Shown here in pieces: positions 1 through 8,451 of a DNA stretch of 64,000 nucleotides. Source of the stretch: an uncultured Nitrososphaerota archaeon. GTDB lineage: Archaea; Asgardarchaeota; Njordarchaeia; Njordarchaeales; Njordarchaeaceae. Both the position numbers and the translations under genes were made by a program. Within the stretch, counting starts at the first letter, position 1; each line of letters starts with the position of its first letter. A model generated the notes under the pieces. It saw only the letters and a program-made list of their open reading frames with translations. It ran no database searches and was not told the origin of the DNA. The stretch spans positions 1 through 64,000 of the forward strand of contig CAZFGR010000005.1 of the NCBI GenBank assembly GCA_964518475.1, given 5' to 3'.

Positions 1-1215
1 GGAGGAGTCGCAGCCTTCGACATCGAAGAAGGAATCATAAGCCCAGGAGGAATAGGATACGATATTAACTGCGGCGTCCGCTTCCTAATCACTAATTTGC
101 GGTTGGAGGATGTGAGGCCTAGGCTTAGGGAGTTGCTTCGTTCGATTGCTAGGAATATCCCTGCTGGTGTTGGTAGGGGTGGTCATCTTAGGCTATCGAT
201 GTCTCAGCTGGATGAAGTGCTCGCTGGTGGCGCGCACTGGGCTGTGGAGAGTGGTTATGGTGATCGTAGGGATCTTGATCATATTGAGGATGGTGGGCGG
301 TTGGAGGGTGCTGATCCTAGCAAGGTGAGTGGTAAGGCTAAGAAGCGTGGCGCACCCCAGTTGGGAACCTTGGGGTCTGGAAATCACTATATAGAGGTAG
401 AGGTTATTGACCAGATTTTCGATGAGCGTGCCGCTAAGCGTATGGGTATTGAGGAAGTCGGACAGATAGGAGTTATGATTCATACGGGGTCTCGTGGACT
501 AGGTCATCAGGTAGCTTCTGACTATCTGGAGATTCTTAGAAGGGCCGCTAGGAAGTACAATATTAGGCCTAGGGATATGCAGTTGATATATGCGCCTTTT
601 AATTCTCCAGAGGGACAGGATTACTTCGCTGCTATGAAGGCTGCTGCTAATTATGCTTTCGCTAATAGGCAGATGATAACACATTTTGCTAGAAGAGCTT
701 TCTATGAGATCTTTGGTGAAGAGGTTGAGCTTAGAGTAGTTTATGATGTTGCTCATAATATTGGTAAGATAGAGACTCATGTCGTGGATGGCGTTGAAAA
801 GAAGCTTATAGTGCATAGGAAGGGTGCTACTAGAGGTTTCGCTGCTGGAAGGCCAGAAATTCCAGCAGATTACAGAGATATTGGTCAGCCCATTCTAGTG
901 GGCGGTAACATGTTACAAGGAAGCTATATCTTGTTAGGAACCGAAACCGCGATGGAGGAGGTTTTTGGATCAACTGTGCATGGTGCTGGGCGGGTTCTAA
1001 GTAGAGCTGCGGCTACTAGAAGATTTAGAGGTACTCAGATTAAAGAATGGTTGGCGCAGAAAGGTATTCTAGTAGACTCAGTGAGTAAGGTAGTTCTCGC
1101 AGAGGAGGCTCCGCAGGCCTATAAGGATCTAGATGAAGTTGTAAACGCTGCTGTTGGTGCTGGTATTGCTAGAAAAGCGGTTAAAATGCGCCCAATAGCT
1201 GTTTGGAAGGGATAG
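1..1215 (+). CDS. rtcB: RtcB tRNA-splicing/RNA ligase (5' end lies outside the window)
   Basis: Frame 1 is open from nt 1: GGVAAFDIEEGIISPGGIGYDINCGVR, then LGTLGSGNHY, IHTGSRGLGHQ, DVAHN, HRKGATR, HGAGR, EEAPQAYK. Confidence 0.97.
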   Translation, partial: GGVAAFDIEEGIISPGGIGYDINCGVRFLITNLRLEDVRPRLRELLRSIARNIPAGVGRGGHLRLSMSQLDEVLAGGAHWAVESGYGDRRDLDHIEDGGRLEGADPSKVSGKAKKRGAPQLGTLGSGNHYIEVEVIDQIFDERAAKRMGIEEVGQIGVMIHTGSRGLGHQVASDYLEILRRAARKYNIRPRDMQLIYAPFNSPEGQDYFAAMKAAANYAFANRQMITHFARRAFYEIFGEEVELRVVYDVAHNIGKIETHVVDGVEKKLIVHRKGATRGFAAGRPEIPADYRDIGQPILVGGNMLQGSYILLGTETAMEEVFGSTVHGAGRVLSRAAATRRFRGTQIKEWLAQKGILVDSVSKVVLAEEAPQAYKDLDEVVNAAVGAGIARKAVKMRPIAVWKG

Positions 1216-1489
1216 ATTAGGATATTTCTGTTTTATTCTCTATTCTTGTTTCTACGCTAAGTGCTATGGATCTGTTATAAGATCTTCGTTTTTCTAAAAT
1301 TATTCTCTTACAATACTAATTATCAAATATTTTTATCTATTCCTTAAATACTGAATTTATCTAATAGGTTAGTTTGGGAACTTTTCTTTCTTTCAATAAT
1401 CACCTAGGAAGAGATAATCAACAAGATTTTACAGAATCTCTTCTTCAATCTTCCCGCAAAAATCCACTAGTACTCAGAGGTGAGGCAGT

Positions 1490-2575
1490 ATGCGGATTGC
1501 GGTCTTTTCTAGATGGAACGCTACCTGCGGAGTATCTCTTCATGCAGAGTTGATTGTTAGGGAATGGGCGAGTCAGGGCCATAAGGTCGTCGTTTTTGCA
1601 CCGGTTATAGAGGAGGAACCTATTGATTGGCATCATAAGAAGATTGATGTAGAGGACGAAGCGTGGGTTTATCGGGTGTATATGGAGACTAAGGAGAATG
1701 ATAGCGGGAATATTAAAATTCCGCCAGAGATAGATTTGCGGAGTTTTGATGCTATCTTGGTAGAGTCTTATCCCTTTATTCCTTATAAGGATATCTACGA
1801 TATTCTTAGAGAGGTTCGAGGATCCGTAAAGACGTTTATTGTTGTTCATGAGTCTTCTAGAGAAGAGGCTAGTAGGCTCTCAAAAATAGTTGATGTTGTC
1901 GATGGGATTATTGTTTTTGATAATCGCTTTATTACAGAGGTTTTGGGTGCGTATTATTCCCGGATAAGAAGGAAGGTTCATATTATTCCTTACCCGTGCT
2001 ATGATCGATTGGAAGACGTTAAGAAGATCAAGAAAAGGATCTTTGGCGATCCAGAGATTGTTTTCATTAGTTATGGAAGACAGCCTAAAGAGGAGTACTT
2101 TGATTACATAGAGGCTGTTAAAAAGATAAGGGAGGTTTATGGTTACGAAGCTGTCTACAAGATAATTAGATCAGATAGCTTAATTGAGGAGGCCAACTTT
2201 GCTTGGGTAGAGCAGAAAATAGAGCGGCCATCAATAGAAAAAGTCCTTAACTATTTAATCTCGGCAGATATTCATCTCCTTCCAAAGGGAAAGGTTCCTA
2301 GGACTGTTGTTTCATCTACTATCGCTCAAAGTCTTACTGCCTTGGTTCCCACGGTGGTTCCCAATACAAGACATTTCGAGCTTATTCCTGAGGATGAGTA
2401 TGGAGTTGGCCCAGTTGTTAAGTATAGAAATCTCTTAGATCTAGAGTACAAGCTTCTCAAATTAATAGAAGATGAGGAATTTAGGAAAAAAGTAATAGCT
2501 AGCGCTGAGAAGTATGTGCAAGAAAGAAGCCATAAGAGAATAGCTATGGATTTTATAAAGCTGTTTGAGCAATAA
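1490..2575 (+). CDS. GT-B fold glycosyltransferase (GT4-like)
   Basis: N-terminal MRIAVFSRWNATCGVSLHAELIVREWASQGHKVVVFAP; C-terminal ADIHLLP..SSTIAQSL..PTVV and 'LLKLIEDEEFRKKV' helix. SD GAGGTGA upstream. Confidence 0.8.
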   Translation: MRIAVFSRWNATCGVSLHAELIVREWASQGHKVVVFAPVIEEEPIDWHHKKIDVEDEAWVYRVYMETKENDSGNIKIPPEIDLRSFDAILVESYPFIPYKDIYDILREVRGSVKTFIVVHESSREEASRLSKIVDVVDGIIVFDNRFITEVLGAYYSRIRRKVHIIPYPCYDRLEDVKKIKKRIFGDPEIVFISYGRQPKEEYFDYIEAVKKIREVYGYEAVYKIIRSDSLIEEANFAWVEQKIERPSIEKVLNYLISADIHLLPKGKVPRTVVSSTIAQSLTALVPTVVPNTRHFELIPEDEYGVGPVVKYRNLLDLEYKLLKLIEDEEFRKKVIASAEKYVQERSHKRIAMDFIKLFEQ

Positions 2576-2803
2576 TCGCTTTCCTCATTTTTAAGATTTT
2601 TCCTTGCCACGGAGTGTGATGAAGATATTATGAATGATCTTAATATATTTCTGGTTACCGATTTTCTAGAGGGGCTAAGTAATTCAGCTGTATGGTTAAT
2701 CTTTTTGCGTTTAACGGGTTGCTGTGCGAGGTGGGGTTTACTTATGGGGATCTATAATATTTTTAAATATCCTTTGCCTTATCCCGCATCGGGGGATTAA
2801 ATA

Positions 2804-3838
2804 ATGCAAAAAACTGTTGAGAGAATAATTAGTCTCCGGAGAAATGAAACAAAAGATATTATCAGGAGAATCGGTATAGTAACTGGTGATAGGCTACAAT
2901 TGCTTAATTTTCCGATTAATAGGCCTACCGTAGCTTTTAATGCCAGTATATTGCTCAATGGTGATTTGGTAGAGGTTTTTGCACGAATTATTCTTGGTTA
3001 CTACACCTATGCAAGTGCTATCGTTAGCTTTGTCATACCATTAGAGGAAATAAGCGATATCTCTAAATCAGTTTTTAATGCGAGGATAATCATTTCACCA
3101 GACAATAAATATGATATATGGGGTACAGAAGATCCAAGAGCTACCCAAATCGGTAATCGGAAAGTCTTGACGTATACTGGTCGAACGGTTAACTATTTTG
3201 ACCCTTCTATTAGAGTTGAACGGACATTACCAATAATAGCGGTCAAGAATAAAGGAGATTCTTGGAAAAAACTAGCTGTCGTGCGACTAAGAGAGATGAA
3301 GATTGTTAGTGATAAGGATGCTTTCCTTGTAGATATTGATGGTAGATTAGTACTCTTTCATAGACCGCACACTTATGATCACACCGAGGAGTTTCTATGT
3401 ACTGTTACTGAGGTCTCCGAAACAATCATTCAGGGAGAGAAGATAAAGGAGTTTCTTGTGAATGGTACAAAGGTAGTGCTTAAAGCTGCTCCATTTGAGG
3501 AAAAGATTGGATGGGGCACGCCTCCAATAAAAGTTGGTAAAGAATATCTCCTATTCCTGCATGGAGTTGATCAAGAGACAAAAGAGTATAAAGTATTCGC
3601 GGTTCTGATAAACAGGAATTTAGAGATAGTAGCTGTAACGCCTTATTACGTAATGAAGCCCAAAGAACCGTATGAGAAGTATGGTGATCGACCATTAGTA
3701 GTGTTTCCTTGTGGTGCTGTAAAGATTGATGATAAAGTATTGATATCCTATGGTGCGGCGGATATAGCGATAGGGTTTGGGGAAATTGACTTATCAGAAA
3801 TAATGTCAATTCTCGACAAGAATAGAATAATAGAATAA
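2804..3838 (+). CDS. GH130-family glycosidase/mannoside phosphorylase (beta-propeller)
   Basis: AFNAS, GTEDPR, DKDA, LFHRP, KIGWGTPP, LHGV, VVFPCG, ISYGAAD motifs. Confidence 0.88.
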   Translation: MQKTVERIISLRRNETKDIIRRIGIVTGDRLQLLNFPINRPTVAFNASILLNGDLVEVFARIILGYYTYASAIVSFVIPLEEISDISKSVFNARIIISPDNKYDIWGTEDPRATQIGNRKVLTYTGRTVNYFDPSIRVERTLPIIAVKNKGDSWKKLAVVRLREMKIVSDKDAFLVDIDGRLVLFHRPHTYDHTEEFLCTVTEVSETIIQGEKIKEFLVNGTKVVLKAAPFEEKIGWGTPPIKVGKEYLLFLHGVDQETKEYKVFAVLINRNLEIVAVTPYYVMKPKEPYEKYGDRPLVVFPCGAVKIDDKVLISYGAADIAIGFGEIDLSEIMSILDKNRIIE

Positions 3839-3978
3839 TAGAATAGGAGGTTTAAAGAGCTACATCTAACTATAGCTGTAAGACATTATATGTTTATAGA
3901 AAATTCGAAATCGAAAAATAATTATTTCAAAAATAACTTCTAGATAGATTTGATTATTTAGGAATCAAAGGTGTTTCT

Positions 3979-5463
3979 GTGCGTGAGTACGTGGAATTCT
4001 TGGTGGCAAAACTTAAAGAGGGCACGTATAAGCCTTTAGATATACTATCGGCATTTGTGGTAGCATGGTCTTGTGTAGACTCGACGAAACCCTTATCATT
4101 ATCTCTGCGAAGGATGCTCGGTTTAGGGTATATAGGAAATATGGATGAGGCTTTTAGCAAGGCTTTAGCACTAATAAGCTCTGATCCTGGTTTTAAAGAG
4201 AAAGCTATTGAGGCTTTATACATTGCAGTAGACCGCGACTGGGTAAGAAAGGATTTATTAGAGGTAGCTTGGAAAAACGCTGGGAAGGAATTGCTTCAAG
4301 CTATAGAAGAACTAAGTAATTTCAGAAAATCTTATGCAATAAACATATTTAAGAGTGAGATAGAGTCCGCGATTTCTGCACAGCAGGAGAAGACTTTCGA
4401 AGTATTACAAGAAAGAATGAAAGCGCAGGTTCAACCCCCTCCGCCTCCTCCTCCACTTCAGCCAGAAGCAACCATAGAGGAGCGTAAAGAGGAAGAGTGT
4501 GTGGAAGCCCCAGAGATCGAAAAAGTAAAAGTGGAGGAACTAGCTAAGGTTTTGGAGAATATGGCGCAACAGCTCAAGGAGATCAAAGATCTAATTATCA
4601 AGTTCCGAGAGGATTTAGACATCTTGAAATCAGATTTTAATGAATTTTTCGATGAATTAATAAAGAATACCTCCTCACTAGTCTTTCTCGCCAAGATTTC
4701 TGACTCTGTAGAATATGGATTAAATGAATTGAATAAGAGTATTAAAGGCTTGAAAGAAGAACTTTCATCTCTCATAACTATAATAAAAGAGGTGAAGGAG
4801 AAGAAAGTAGTAAGACCACCAGTTACTGAGACTGCTGAGGAGGCTGTAGTACCGCGAATTAAAGAGGAAAAGAGAGTAACACCTCCACCGGTAGTAGAAG
4901 AGGTTAGTCAAGAAATAAAGGAACCGCCGCCAGTCCCCCCAATAAAGACAAAGCCTTCCGAGGAAAGCGTAGTTGAAGTTGAGGAGATATTTAGGTCTCT
5001 AGAGCAAGAACTAGGCATGCCAGAAGCTGGACCAGAGAAAATAGAAAGATACGTTTTCGTTGCAATTGGTAATTCTAAGAAACTTTCAGATATGTTACGA
5101 GATCACATAGTTGATGAAAAAGGAATGCGTTGGAGAATCAGCATAACACCCGATGAGGAGTTGAGGTACGAGATAGAGATACAAGCTTTATATTCGGGAA
5201 TTTCTGAAGACGTACTTAGGGAACTTATGGAGAAATCTATAGGTATAATTGTGACTTTTCCAGTTAGAAGTACGGAATCTCTAGTGCGTCTTTTAGAGAA
5301 GCTTCAAGGAATGCTTATTTCTGCGAAGATAATAATAGTGGATTCTGAAACTTCCATCGAAGAATTAGAAAAAGCTACTAGAATACCGACTATTTACAAG
5401 AGCATTTCCTCGCTCGATGATCTAAAAGATGCTCTTATTGATGCATTGAAGAGAGTCTCGTAA
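3979..5463 (+). CDS. Hypothetical protein: helical N-terminus, polyproline tract, coiled coil, Pro/Glu-rich linker, C-terminal degenerate small-GTPase-like domain
   Basis: 494-aa ORF with PPPPPPP and a heptad-rich centre. The C-terminal strand/helix order matches a Ras-like fold but the G motifs are absent. Confidence 0.6.
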   Translation: MREYVEFLVAKLKEGTYKPLDILSAFVVAWSCVDSTKPLSLSLRRMLGLGYIGNMDEAFSKALALISSDPGFKEKAIEALYIAVDRDWVRKDLLEVAWKNAGKELLQAIEELSNFRKSYAINIFKSEIESAISAQQEKTFEVLQERMKAQVQPPPPPPPLQPEATIEERKEEECVEAPEIEKVKVEELAKVLENMAQQLKEIKDLIIKFREDLDILKSDFNEFFDELIKNTSSLVFLAKISDSVEYGLNELNKSIKGLKEELSSLITIIKEVKEKKVVRPPVTETAEEAVVPRIKEEKRVTPPPVVEEVSQEIKEPPPVPPIKTKPSEESVVEVEEIFRSLEQELGMPEAGPEKIERYVFVAIGNSKKLSDMLRDHIVDEKGMRWRISITPDEELRYEIEIQALYSGISEDVLRELMEKSIGIIVTFPVRSTESLVRLLEKLQGMLISAKIIIVDSETSIEELEKATRIPTIYKSISSLDDLKDALIDALKRVS

Positions 5464-5537
5464 ATTAATAAGAACTATAAATGTCCCCCTCTATTTCCCC
5501 ATTGAAGTATTTTTAAGACTCATGTTGGTTATTGGAA

Positions 5538-6140
5538 ATGCTAATACTGGCATCTTCTTCTCCTAGGAGAATCCAGATCCTTAAACAACTAGGAATAAAT
5601 TTCAGGGTTTTCGAGCCTCCTTGGGAAACTAGAATTGTAAGTGATGATCCAGTAGAAGTAGTTAGGTATACAGCTCTCGAAAAAGCTAGGAGTGTGGCGG
5701 GGTTTTTTACAGAGGGATTAGTTGTAGCCGCAGACACTATCGTTGTAATAGATGGTGAAATTCTCGGAAAGCCCAGATCCTCCGAGGAAGCTAAGAGTTT
5801 CTTGAAAAAACTAAGTGGGAGGACTCATGAGGTAATTACGGGTCTAGCTATTATAGATGCCGCTACCAACAAGGAGAGAGTTGATCACGAGGTTTCTAGA
5901 GTGAAATTTAAAGAACTCACGGAGGATGAAATCTCTCTATACATAATGAGTGGGGAACCATTTGATAAAGCAGGAGGTTACGGAATTCAGGGGTTAGCAG
6001 CCTTATTTATCGAGAAGATAGAGGGAGACTACTACAATGTAGTTGGATTGCCCATCAGAAAGCTCTATGAGATGTTGAAAGAGTTTGGATATGATATATT
6101 AAGGAAGGCAGTTCAAAATAAGTTAAAATCGCAGAAGTAG
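5538..6140 (+). CDS. maf: Maf-family nucleoside triphosphate pyrophosphatase
   Basis: LILASSSPRR, ALEKA, AADTIV..DGEILGKP, LSGRTHEVITG, DKAGGYGIQG, GDYYNVVGLP. Confidence 0.95.
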   Translation: MLILASSSPRRIQILKQLGINFRVFEPPWETRIVSDDPVEVVRYTALEKARSVAGFFTEGLVVAADTIVVIDGEILGKPRSSEEAKSFLKKLSGRTHEVITGLAIIDAATNKERVDHEVSRVKFKELTEDEISLYIMSGEPFDKAGGYGIQGLAALFIEKIEGDYYNVVGLPIRKLYEMLKEFGYDILRKAVQNKLKSQK

Positions 6141-6151
6141 CGAGCATCTTC

Positions 6152-7174
6152 TCAAGTATTCTCAAGAGGATCCGTAATTCCAGCTTCGCTAATCCTTATT
6201 CTAGTAACTGCTGGCGGTAGTCGGCTCGAGTCTATTATCTCTACTCTTCGGATATCCTCCTTAACAAAACTGAGATATAATCTAGTATCTACGGTATGGG
6301 CAAGAACATGTCCTCCGATGGGTTTTTCCTTGTCTACCAATTTGGAGTAAGGAGAGGCATCTGGGACAGCTACTACTTGGTTCGTGACCAAGGCTACGAT
6401 ATTATAAGCTTCAGCTATTCTTCTCAATTTCTCAACTATTGATAAAATTATTCTCTGACGCTCATAGAGCTCTCCTCTTCCCGAAAAATCTGCTCTAGGA
6501 AGCTTCGTTAAGGAATCCACAACTACCAATTTTATTCTCTTCTCCTTAACCAATTTGACGAGATTTTCAATCATTTTTAATTGATGCAGGCTATTCTTTG
6601 GTTTCCCTACTAATATTCTATCTAGAGCCCATCGGGGATCGATATCAAACCTTTGAAAGATTGGTTCCATTCTTTTGGGAGAGAATGTATGTTCAGCATC
6701 TATAAGGACGGCATAAACATCCCCATCATTTAGTCCCCCTTCCTCCTCAGATAAAAAAACTGTTGCCAATGCTGTAAGGCAAGCTTGGGTTTTTCCCGTT
6801 CTATAAGCTCCAGCCAATTCAGTAACTTCTCCAACCGAATATCCGCCTTGTAAAATATTGTCTAGGTTCTTTGATCCAGTATGAAGAGTTTTCTTTTCTA
6901 AATTTTCCTTTGCAAGAAGCCTAGAAGCTTTTTCAAAACCATATTCCATTTCTTCAGATTTTTCTAGGAGATCGAGTGTCTCCTCGATGATTTTTTCGGC
7001 CGTCTCGGGACTTATATTTGCGGTTTCTGATAATCTTAACGGGTTAAACATTAAGACATCTTTAAGAAAGAAGATACCAGCTTTTTTTAGTTTATCTTTT
7101 GTTGCTTTTTTAATGCTCTTTAGGGAATCTATCGTTAGATCCTCTTTTTTATTCAGTACTAACACCCAATCCAT
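6152..7174 (-). CDS. radA: RadA/Rad51-family recombinase
   Basis: N-terminal HhH-like region, TGSKNLDNILQGG, Walker A GAYRTGKTQ, IDAEHTF, Walker B VVVDS, DFSGRGEL..RQ, TNQV, PIGGHVLAH. It may be a RadA paralog. Confidence 0.88.
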   Translation of the reverse strand: MDWVLVLNKKEDLTIDSLKSIKKATKDKLKKAGIFFLKDVLMFNPLRLSETANISPETAEKIIEETLDLLEKSEEMEYGFEKASRLLAKENLEKKTLHTGSKNLDNILQGGYSVGEVTELAGAYRTGKTQACLTALATVFLSEEEGGLNDGDVYAVLIDAEHTFSPKRMEPIFQRFDIDPRWALDRILVGKPKNSLHQLKMIENLVKLVKEKRIKLVVVDSLTKLPRADFSGRGELYERQRIILSIVEKLRRIAEAYNIVALVTNQVVAVPDASPYSKLVDKEKPIGGHVLAHTVDTRLYLSFVKEDIRRVEIIDSSRLPPAVTRIRISEAGITDPLENT

Positions 7175-7321
7175 TGATCATGATCGTTAATGGAATTAAA
7201 ATTGATACATACATTAATAACCACTATTAAAGTAATTTAATTTTCACTACAAGGCTTATTATGCCTAAGAATATTAATAGTTCTTAAAAACATTTTTTGG
7301 ATAGTATGTTCGGCTGAAAAG

Positions 7322-8440
7322 GTGCACACAATGAAGATAGAAGAGTTAGAGAGGTTACTGAAGGGTATTGATTTTCTAGAAAATATCATAGGAGGCATCA
7401 GAATCGAAAGAGTTGGAGTCTTTGATAACTTCCTGATTGTCCAGTTTACTAATGGTATTGCATTTGTTATGCCAAAAGATATCGCACCAAAACCCGTTGA
7501 TAAGGGAAGATACTATGTGTTTGAGAACTTGCCCGAAAGAATAAGAGATCTTGGAATTGATTGTAAAGGATATTATGCGGAGACGGACGATCTCGTGGTT
7601 CTCATATCTCCTATAACAAATTGTCGTGGTAGCATTGATATTGAGATCCCTCAGCAAAGCAAGAAAATGAGTGTAGCTGACGTGTGGCAGGCTAGTCTTT
7701 TTTCAATGCTTGACAAAAAGGAAGGCTTTATTGAGTATAAAGGGAGAATTGTTGGGTGTTTGTCCTTAGCGAGAACTTCTCCGCTAGCCCGTATAGCTCT
7801 AAAGAAGCTGGAAGACCTGATAAGAGCTGGAGCAAAATTCGTCATCAAGGACGAAAAAACTATAGTCACTGCTTGGAGAACAAGGATCGAATTCGGTGTG
7901 AAACCGATTCCCTATAACCCCGTTAAAGTAGATTTTGATCGCGTGAAACAAGAACTTAGTTGGAGAAAAATAGGTCTTGACAATGAAATAGAAAAAATTA
8001 GAATCTTTTTCACTAATATTGATCTGGACATTAATGAACTTCTTCTGAAATGTAGAAAAGGTGCAGTGAATGAATATGGGAAAGTAGCAGTCGTGAAAGG
8101 AAATCTCGAAGAGTATAAATTCGTGATAGCTATAGGTAAATACGTAGATGACTATATTGGATCTGCTTGTATTGATGATTCCTTATCCAATCTAGCGCTT
8201 CTCCTCATCACTAGCGCTTCAGATATGTGTCTAGAAGAGAAGAACAAATCTTTATCGAGAGAAGAATTAAGAATCAAGGAGATGGAGGAGCTGGAGAGAT
8301 TCTTAACAAGTTTTGGTATTCTGGCTAATTTATTGGTTCCGGGCTGTAAAATATTTAGAGTAAGGGCTAGAGAAATTGATTGCTATGCCATAGTGGGTAA
8401 GAAGGGCGAGAAAGCTTTAGCGATCGTTGTAACTAAGTAG
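7322..8440 (+). CDS. Hypothetical protein (alpha/beta)
   Basis: 372-aa ORF with GGTG SD before ATG 7331; no family recognised. Confidence 0.7.
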   Translation: MHTMKIEELERLLKGIDFLENIIGGIRIERVGVFDNFLIVQFTNGIAFVMPKDIAPKPVDKGRYYVFENLPERIRDLGIDCKGYYAETDDLVVLISPITNCRGSIDIEIPQQSKKMSVADVWQASLFSMLDKKEGFIEYKGRIVGCLSLARTSPLARIALKKLEDLIRAGAKFVIKDEKTIVTAWRTRIEFGVKPIPYNPVKVDFDRVKQELSWRKIGLDNEIEKIRIFFTNIDLDINELLLKCRKGAVNEYGKVAVVKGNLEEYKFVIAIGKYVDDYIGSACIDDSLSNLALLLITSASDMCLEEKNKSLSREELRIKEMEELERFLTSFGILANLLVPGCKIFRVRAREIDCYAIVGKKGEKALAIVVTK

Positions 8441-8451
8441 GGTTATAAATT

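Noticed and set aside
55-85. Intein in rtcB
   Set aside because: GYDINCGVR is contiguous; there is no insertion at the usual site.
2616-2700. Possible C/D sRNA starting with GTGATGA
   Set aside because: No properly spaced CTGA D' or D boxes and no C' box.
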